From: Myxococcota bacterium
Lineage (GTDB): Bacteria > Myxococcota_A > UBA9160 > PR03
Assembly (NCBI GenBank): GCA_041611735.1
Contig: JBFIML010000074.1
Coordinates: 1 to 12,280 of the forward strand
Reading direction: 5' to 3'
Length of the DNA: 12,280 nt
The notes beneath the pieces were generated by a model. That model was given only the letters and a program-made list of their open reading frames with translations. It was not told where the DNA came from and did no database searches. Shown in pieces: positions 7,652-12,280 of the stretch (positions are counted from its first letter, which is position 1; each line of letters opens with the position of its first letter). The position numbers were made by a program, and so were the translations under genes.

Positions 7652-7891
7652 AGCGGGTTCCGGTCTACTTCCTCTCCGGGGGTCGCAGCTCGCGCTTCGG
7701 CTCCGACAAGGCGCGTGCCCGGATCGGCGGCGATGCGCTGCTGGTGCGGCTCGCCCGGGCGCTGGCACCGGTGGCGGAGGCTCGAAGGGGTCTCCAGCGT
7801 CGCCGTGCGGCTGCCCGCGGGACGCACCCGGCTCTCCCAGGCCAACACCGTGGACGCGCTGGCGGCCTTCGCGGAGGCGAGCCGCCCTTAG
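7630..7891 (+). pseudogene. mobA: Molybdenum cofactor guanylyltransferase MobA-like remnant (internal deletion plus frameshift)
   Basis: The ATG at 7630 gives VYFLSGGRSSRFGSDKARARIGGDALLVRLARALAPVAE, the MobA nucleotide-binding N-terminus. From about 7781 the +1 frame reads LEGVSSVAVRLPAGRTRLSQANTVDALAAF...stop at 7891, resembling the NxNTPxDL C-terminus. The central region is absent. Confidence 0.72.
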
Positions 7892-8079
7892 GCGCCGCAC
7901 GTGCTTGCGCGCCTGCTCCACGTCCGCGAGCGTGGAGGGGATGTCCGGGGTCCAGGCCTCCAGCGCGGGCTTGCGCAGGGCGGCCCCGAGCTGGTTCTCG
8001 CCCAGGAGGAGCGCGATACGCCCGCCCTCCTCGGGTGCGGGGCGGCGGCCCGCGCCGGTCCGGTCCGGTGGCCGCGGCC

Positions 8080-8814
8080 ATGGGCCCGTCTAGCTCCGCC
8101 CGCCAGCGGGCGGGTCCCGTGGCGCTCCTGCGCAGCGTGCTCGCCGTCCTGGCCATCGTCCCGGGCCTCGCGGCCGGGCTCGCCGTCTGGCCGGCCACCC
8201 GCGACCGACGCCGCGCGGTGAACTGCACCTGCGCCGTGTGGGCGCGGCTCGGCCCGGCGGCCGCCGGAATCCGCCTGGCCGTGACCGGTGCGGAGCACCT
8301 GCGCCTGCGACCGGCCGTCTTCCTCTTCAACCACCAGAGCGCCATCGACCCGCTGCTGGTGTGCGCGCTGCTGCGCCACGACTTCCTGGGCGTGGCCAAG
8401 CGGGAGGTGCGCCGCTACCCGCTGGTGGGCCCGGCCTTCGCCTTCGCGGGCAGCGTGTTCCTGGACCGTGCGGACCCCCAGCAGGCGCTGGCGGCCCTGG
8501 GGCCGGCGGTGGAGGCCCTGCGCCGCGGCCTCGCGGTGGCCATCGCGCCCGAGGGCACCCGCAGCCCCGACGCCCGCATCGGCCCCTTCAAGAAGGGCGG
8601 CTTCCGGCTCGCCCTGGCGGCCCGGGTCCCGATCGTGCCCGTGGTGATCCACAACGCCCGGGACGTGCTGCCGCGCGGGGCCTGGCTGCTGCGTCCCGCC
8701 ACGGTGCGGGTGAGCGTGCACGCGCCCCTGGCCACCACGCACTGGACGCTTCCCGGGCTCGAGGACGAGATCGCGGCCATCCGCGACCTCTACGCGCGCA
8801 GCCTCGCGGCGTGA
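8080..8814 (+). CDS. 1-acyl-sn-glycerol-3-phosphate acyltransferase (PlsC/LPLAT family)
   Basis: NHQSAID (HX4D), FLDR, PEGTRS, PFKKGGF and VPIVPVVI motifs, plus an N-terminal hydrophobic helix. The start is uncertain (ATG 8080, no clear RBS). Confidence 0.9.
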   Translation: MGPSSSARQRAGPVALLRSVLAVLAIVPGLAAGLAVWPATRDRRRAVNCTCAVWARLGPAAAGIRLAVTGAEHLRLRPAVFLFNHQSAIDPLLVCALLRHDFLGVAKREVRRYPLVGPAFAFAGSVFLDRADPQQALAALGPAVEALRRGLAVAIAPEGTRSPDARIGPFKKGGFRLALAARVPIVPVVIHNARDVLPRGAWLLRPATVRVSVHAPLATTHWTLPGLEDEIAAIRDLYARSLAA

Positions 8815-8832
8815 CGGGTCCCGACGGCCCTG

Positions 8833-8841
8833 TGGTACGTT
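8833..8841 (+). promoter_or_regulatory. Possible extended -10 promoter (TGnTACGTT) for the carboxylesterase
   Basis: TG-G-TACGTT lies in the 62-bp intergenic gap, about 35 bp before the ATG. This is a pattern match only. Confidence 0.3.
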
Positions 8842-8876
8842 GCGCCGCCCGTCGTTGGCAACGGAGGCGTGGGTCC

Positions 8877-10394
8877 ATGGAGCGGGTGGTCGAGACGGCG
8901 AGCGGCAAGCTGCGCGGCGCGGAGCGCGACGGGATCTTCGTGTTCCGCGGCGTGCCCTATGCCCGACCGCCGCTGGGCGAACGGCGCTTCCGCGCCCCGC
9001 AGCCCCCGGAGCCCTGGCCCGGAGAGCGCGACGCCACCCGCTCGGGAGCCGCGGCGCCCCAGAACCCGCTGGTGACCGCCGTCTTCCCGGACCTGGGCGT
9101 CGGCCGGCAGCAAGAGGACTGCCTCACGCTCAACGTCTGGACCCCGGACACGGGCGGCCCGCCGCGCCCGGTCCTGGTCTGGATCCACGGCGGCGCCTTC
9201 GTGATCGGCTCCGGCGCGCAGCCCATCTACGACGGCGGCGAGCTGGCCCGGCGCGGAAACGTCGTGGTGGTGACGCTCAACTACCGCCTGGGCGCGCTCG
9301 GCTTCCTGCACCTGGCGGAGCACGACGGCGCCTGCTTCGGCGCCGCGTCCAATGCGGGCCTGCTGGACCAGATCATCGCCCTGCGCTGGGTGCGCGAGAA
9401 CGCGGTGGCCTTCGGCGGCGATCCCGAGCAGATCACCGTGTTCGGCGAGTCGGCGGGCGGCATGAGCGTCGGTACGCTGCTCGGTACGCCGGAAGCGCGC
9501 GGGCTGTTCCGGCGCGCCGTCGCCCAGAGCGGGGCCTGCCAGGCGATCCACACCCGGGAGAGCGCGGCGCACGTGGCGGACGCCCTGCTCCAGGAGCTTG
9601 CCCTCGGTCAGAACGAGGCGGCCAAGCTGCGCGAGGTGCCCGTGGCGGCGCTGCTCGCGGCGCAGGCGCGCGTGCTGGCCCGGCTCGGACCCCGGGCGAA
9701 CCTGCTCACCTTCCAGCCCGTGGTGGACGGCCGCACGCTCCCGCGCCATCCCCTCGAGGCGGTGGCGGACGGAGCGGCCCCGGAGGTGGCGCTCCTGGCC
9801 GGCACGACCCGCGACGAGTGGCGCCTGTTCGGGCTGCTGGACTCGAAGGCCCGGGGCCTCGACGAGGCGGGTCTCGTGGCCCGGGTGGAGCGGCGCGTCC
9901 CGGGGGCCGACGCCCGCCGCCTGCTGGCGCTGTACCGGGAGGAGCGTGCCGCCGGCGATCGCAGCGATCCGGCCTCGCTGCTCTTCGCCCTGGAGACGGA
10001 CCGCGTGTTCCGCATCCCGGCCCTGCGTCTGGCCGAGGCCCAACTCGCCCAGGGAGCTCCCACCTGGGTCTACCGCTTCGATTGGGAGGTGGCGGCCCTG
10101 GGCGGCGTGCTCGGCGCCTGCCACGCGGTGGAGCTTCCCTTCGTGTTCGGGACCCTCGGGCTGAAGGGCATCGGGCCGCTGCTGGGCGACGGGCCCGAGG
10201 CGCGCCGTCTCGCCGGGCGGACCATGGACGCCTGGCTCGCCTTCGCGCATACCGGCGAGCCGGGTCACGAGGCGCTCCCCGCCTGGCCGCGCTACGACCT
10301 GGAGCGCCGCGCCACGCTTCTGTTCGGCCCGGAGTGCCGCTGCGCCGACGACCCGGGTGGCGCGCTGCGGCGCGCCTGGGACGCAATCCGCTAG
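8877..10394 (+). CDS. Type-B carboxylesterase/lipase (para-nitrobenzyl esterase-like)
   Basis: Motifs: FRGVPYA-PP-G-RF, EDCLTLNVWTP, WIHGGAF (oxyanion hole), NYRLG, FGESAGG (Ser), GTTRDE (Glu) and GACHAVELPFVFG (His). ATG at 8877 with a GGAGG RBS. No signal peptide. Confidence 0.95.
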   Translation: MERVVETASGKLRGAERDGIFVFRGVPYARPPLGERRFRAPQPPEPWPGERDATRSGAAAPQNPLVTAVFPDLGVGRQQEDCLTLNVWTPDTGGPPRPVLVWIHGGAFVIGSGAQPIYDGGELARRGNVVVVTLNYRLGALGFLHLAEHDGACFGAASNAGLLDQIIALRWVRENAVAFGGDPEQITVFGESAGGMSVGTLLGTPEARGLFRRAVAQSGACQAIHTRESAAHVADALLQELALGQNEAAKLREVPVAALLAAQARVLARLGPRANLLTFQPVVDGRTLPRHPLEAVADGAAPEVALLAGTTRDEWRLFGLLDSKARGLDEAGLVARVERRVPGADARRLLALYREERAAGDRSDPASLLFALETDRVFRIPALRLAEAQLAQGAPTWVYRFDWEVAALGGVLGACHAVELPFVFGTLGLKGIGPLLGDGPEARRLAGRTMDAWLAFAHTGEPGHEALPAWPRYDLERRATLLFGPECRCADDPGGALRRAWDAIR

Positions 10395-11680
10395 GCCGCA
10401 GGCGGGGGTCCGCTCGTGGCGTCTTCCTGCGACTCCGGCTCGAGCAGCTCGGGGCTCCGCAGGGGGCGCGGCGTCGCCGCGGCGGTTCGCGTCTCGGGGA
10501 TCTCGCTGCTCCCGCCGGCGCCGAGCTCCCGGAAGCGCCGCGCCGAGGCCAGCACGCGCAGCTCCAGGGAGCCGACCGCGCGGTTGTAGGAGTCCACGGC
10601 TCCCTCCAGGCTGCGGCGCAGGCGCTCGAAGTGGCCCGCCACGCCGGCCAGGCGGTCGTGCAGGGTGCGGCCCAGCTCGCTGATCTCCTGGGCGTTGCGG
10701 GCGATCTGCTCCTGCTTCCAGCCGTAGGCGACGGCGCGCAGCAGGGCGATCAGCGTGGTGGGGCTGGCCGGGATCACCTTCTGGTCCACGCCCCAGTCGA
10801 TCAGCGCCGGATCGTGCTGCAAGGCGGCCTGGAAGAAGGTCTCTCCGGGCAGGAACATCACCACGAACTCCGGAGTGGGCTCGAACTGGCTCCAGTAGCT
10901 CCGGCTTCCCAGCCGCGTCATGTGCTCACGCACCTGGCGGGCATGATCGCGCAGGCGCGCCGTCCGCTCCTCCTCGTCGGTCGCCTCGAGGGCGAGCAGG
11001 TAGGCCTCGAGGGGTGCCTTGGCGTCCACCACCACGTTCTTTGCGCCGGGCAGGCGCACCACCAGGTCCGGCCGCAGGCGTCCGCCCTCGCTCGTCTGCT
11101 GCTCGTGGAAGTCGCAGTGGTCGAGCATGCCCGCCATCTCCACCACCCGTCGCAGCTGGATCTCGCCCCAGCGGCCGCGCACCGAGGGGGCCCGCAGCGC
11201 CTGGACCAGGTTGCGGGTCTCGCTCTGGAGCTTCTCGTGCGAGGTGGCCACGGAGCGCAGCTGCTCGGTCAGTGCGCCGTAGTGCGCGTGACGCTCCTTC
11301 TCCACCTCGCGCAGCTTCTCGTCCACCCGGTGCAGGGACTCGTGAAAGGGCTTGAGCAGGGCGTCGATGGCCTCGCGGCGGCTGTCCAGGTCGTCGGAAG
11401 CGTGACGTTGGAACTCGCCGAGCGAGGTCCGGGCCAGCTGCAGGAAGGACTCGCTGTTGCGGTGCAACGCCTCGTGGGAGAGGCTCTGGAACGCCTGCCG
11501 CAGCTGACCCTCGGCCTGCTCGAGCAGCGTGAGCTTCTCGCGCGTCGCGCGGCGCTCGTGGCGCAGCAGCCACGCGAAGCCCACCCCCGCGAGCATCCCG
11601 CCCAGGGCGAAGCCGAGCAGGAAGGGCAGCAGCGGGAGCAGCTGCTCCAGGAGCGGCCCCACCGGTTCGAGCTCTTGCAT
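10391..11680 (-). CDS. rmuC: DNA recombination protein RmuC
   Basis: N-terminal TM helix and coiled coil, then RGRWGEIQLRRVVEMAGM, RPDLVVRLPG--VVVDAK, PEFVVMFLPGE and SPTTLIALLRAVAYGWKQE. ATG at 11680 with GAGGGGGG upstream. Confidence 0.94.
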   Translation of the reverse strand: MQELEPVGPLLEQLLPLLPFLLGFALGGMLAGVGFAWLLRHERRATREKLTLLEQAEGQLRQAFQSLSHEALHRNSESFLQLARTSLGEFQRHASDDLDSRREAIDALLKPFHESLHRVDEKLREVEKERHAHYGALTEQLRSVATSHEKLQSETRNLVQALRAPSVRGRWGEIQLRRVVEMAGMLDHCDFHEQQTSEGGRLRPDLVVRLPGAKNVVVDAKAPLEAYLLALEATDEEERTARLRDHARQVREHMTRLGSRSYWSQFEPTPEFVVMFLPGETFFQAALQHDPALIDWGVDQKVIPASPTTLIALLRAVAYGWKQEQIARNAQEISELGRTLHDRLAGVAGHFERLRRSLEGAVDSYNRAVGSLELRVLASARRFRELGAGGSSEIPETRTAAATPRPLRSPELLEPESQEDATSGPPPAA

Positions 11681-11812
11681 GACCCCCCTCGCTCTCGAGT
11701 GTGGCCCAGCGGGCCGCCTCCGACCAGAGCGGGCGTTGCGCGGCTCCCCCGCTTCGGCGAGCCTCCCGACCGGCCGCCCCCTCGGGCGGCACCGGGCCAC
11801 GGAGCGGGGTGC

Positions 11813-12106
11813 ATGACGGAAGCGGAGCAGCGCCGGGAGCGGCTGCGGGAGACCCTGGCGGAGCTCGAGGCGGAGCTCGCGGCGAGCGGATCGCTCGACC
11901 GCGAGCTCCGCGCCCGCCTGGAGAGCACGGTGGCGGACCTCCGCGTGACCCTGGAGCGCGCCGAGGGCGACGCGCCGGACGACGAGGACCACCATTCGGT
12001 GGTGGACCATTTGAGCGACGCCATGCGTCGCTTCGAGGTGACGCATCCCAAGCTTTCGCTGGCCCTGGGCCGGGTGGTGGACGCCCTCAGCAACCTCGGC
12101 ATCTAG
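11813..12106 (+). CDS. DUF4404-like small helical protein
   Basis: 97 aa, LRETLAELEAEL...FEVTHPKLSLALGRVVDALSNLGI, matching the characteristic FE--HP-L and LS-(L/M)GI end of this family. GGAG upstream of the ATG. Confidence 0.8.
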   Translation: MTEAEQRRERLRETLAELEAELAASGSLDRELRARLESTVADLRVTLERAEGDAPDDEDHHSVVDHLSDAMRRFEVTHPKLSLALGRVVDALSNLGI

Positions 12107-12172
12107 CTTGTGGTTCGAAGATTGCGCCTGGGGGGGTGGCGGCCGGGGCCCGATCCGGGGGGATGGCTCGGG

Positions 12173-12280
12173 CTAGCGGGCGTAGACGGCCCGGTGGATG
12201 GGGCCGCGGGGCAGGCAGCGGGTGGGGATGCGGCGCTCGTAGCACTGCCGCAGCCAGCCCGACAGCCGCACCCGGGACGG
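12173..12280 (-). CDS. 3' end of an unidentified CDS entering from the right edge
   Basis: Open frame PSRVRLSGWLRQCYERRIPTRCLPRGPIHRAVYAR-stop, with every codon ending in G or C. Confidence 0.55.
   Translation of the reverse strand, partial: PSRVRLSGWLRQCYERRIPTRCLPRGPIHRAVYAR

Noticed and set aside
5801-7921. 706-aa minus-strand ORF
   Set aside because: It is an antisense shadow of moaE, the transporter and the mobA remnant.
8840-11812. 1088-aa plus-strand ORF (8840..12106)
   Set aside because: It is an alternate frame of the esterase plus the antisense of rmuC. Only 11813..12106 is a credible gene.
12107-12172. G-run-rich gap between convergent genes (possible G-quadruplex or terminator)
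   Set aside because: G-runs are expected at this GC content, and there is no clean stem with a U-tract.
1-12280. CRISPR arrays, tRNA/rRNA, insertion sequences, integrases
   Set aside because: No regularly spaced repeats, RNA gene signatures, transposase motifs or terminal inverted repeats were seen.

Overview
A very GC-rich bacterial window (roughly 70-75% by eye) with three blocks. (1) A minus-strand acyl-CoA catabolic operon: acyl-CoA dehydrogenase, nitroreductase-fold flavoprotein, SCP2-type thiolase, and an acyl-CoA ligase that runs off the left edge. (2) A divergent molybdenum cofactor cluster: moaA on the minus strand; on the plus strand a CMD/AhpD-like gene, moaD, moaE, a MOT1-family molybdate transporter, and a mobA-like gene broken by an internal deletion and frameshift. 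(3) A PlsC-type acyltransferase, a type-B carboxylesterase, rmuC, a DUF4404-like gene, and a probable partial CDS at the right edge. The strongest non-obvious signal is a palindrome, TATGAC-N4-RTCAYA, found three times. Each copy is centred about -41.5/-42.5 from a plausible -10 element, upstream of the catabolic operon, of moaA and of the CMD-moaDE operon. This suggests one CRP/FNR-family activator co-regulates Moco supply and the CoA-thioester pathway. The very long ORFs in the track are GC-driven shadow frames.
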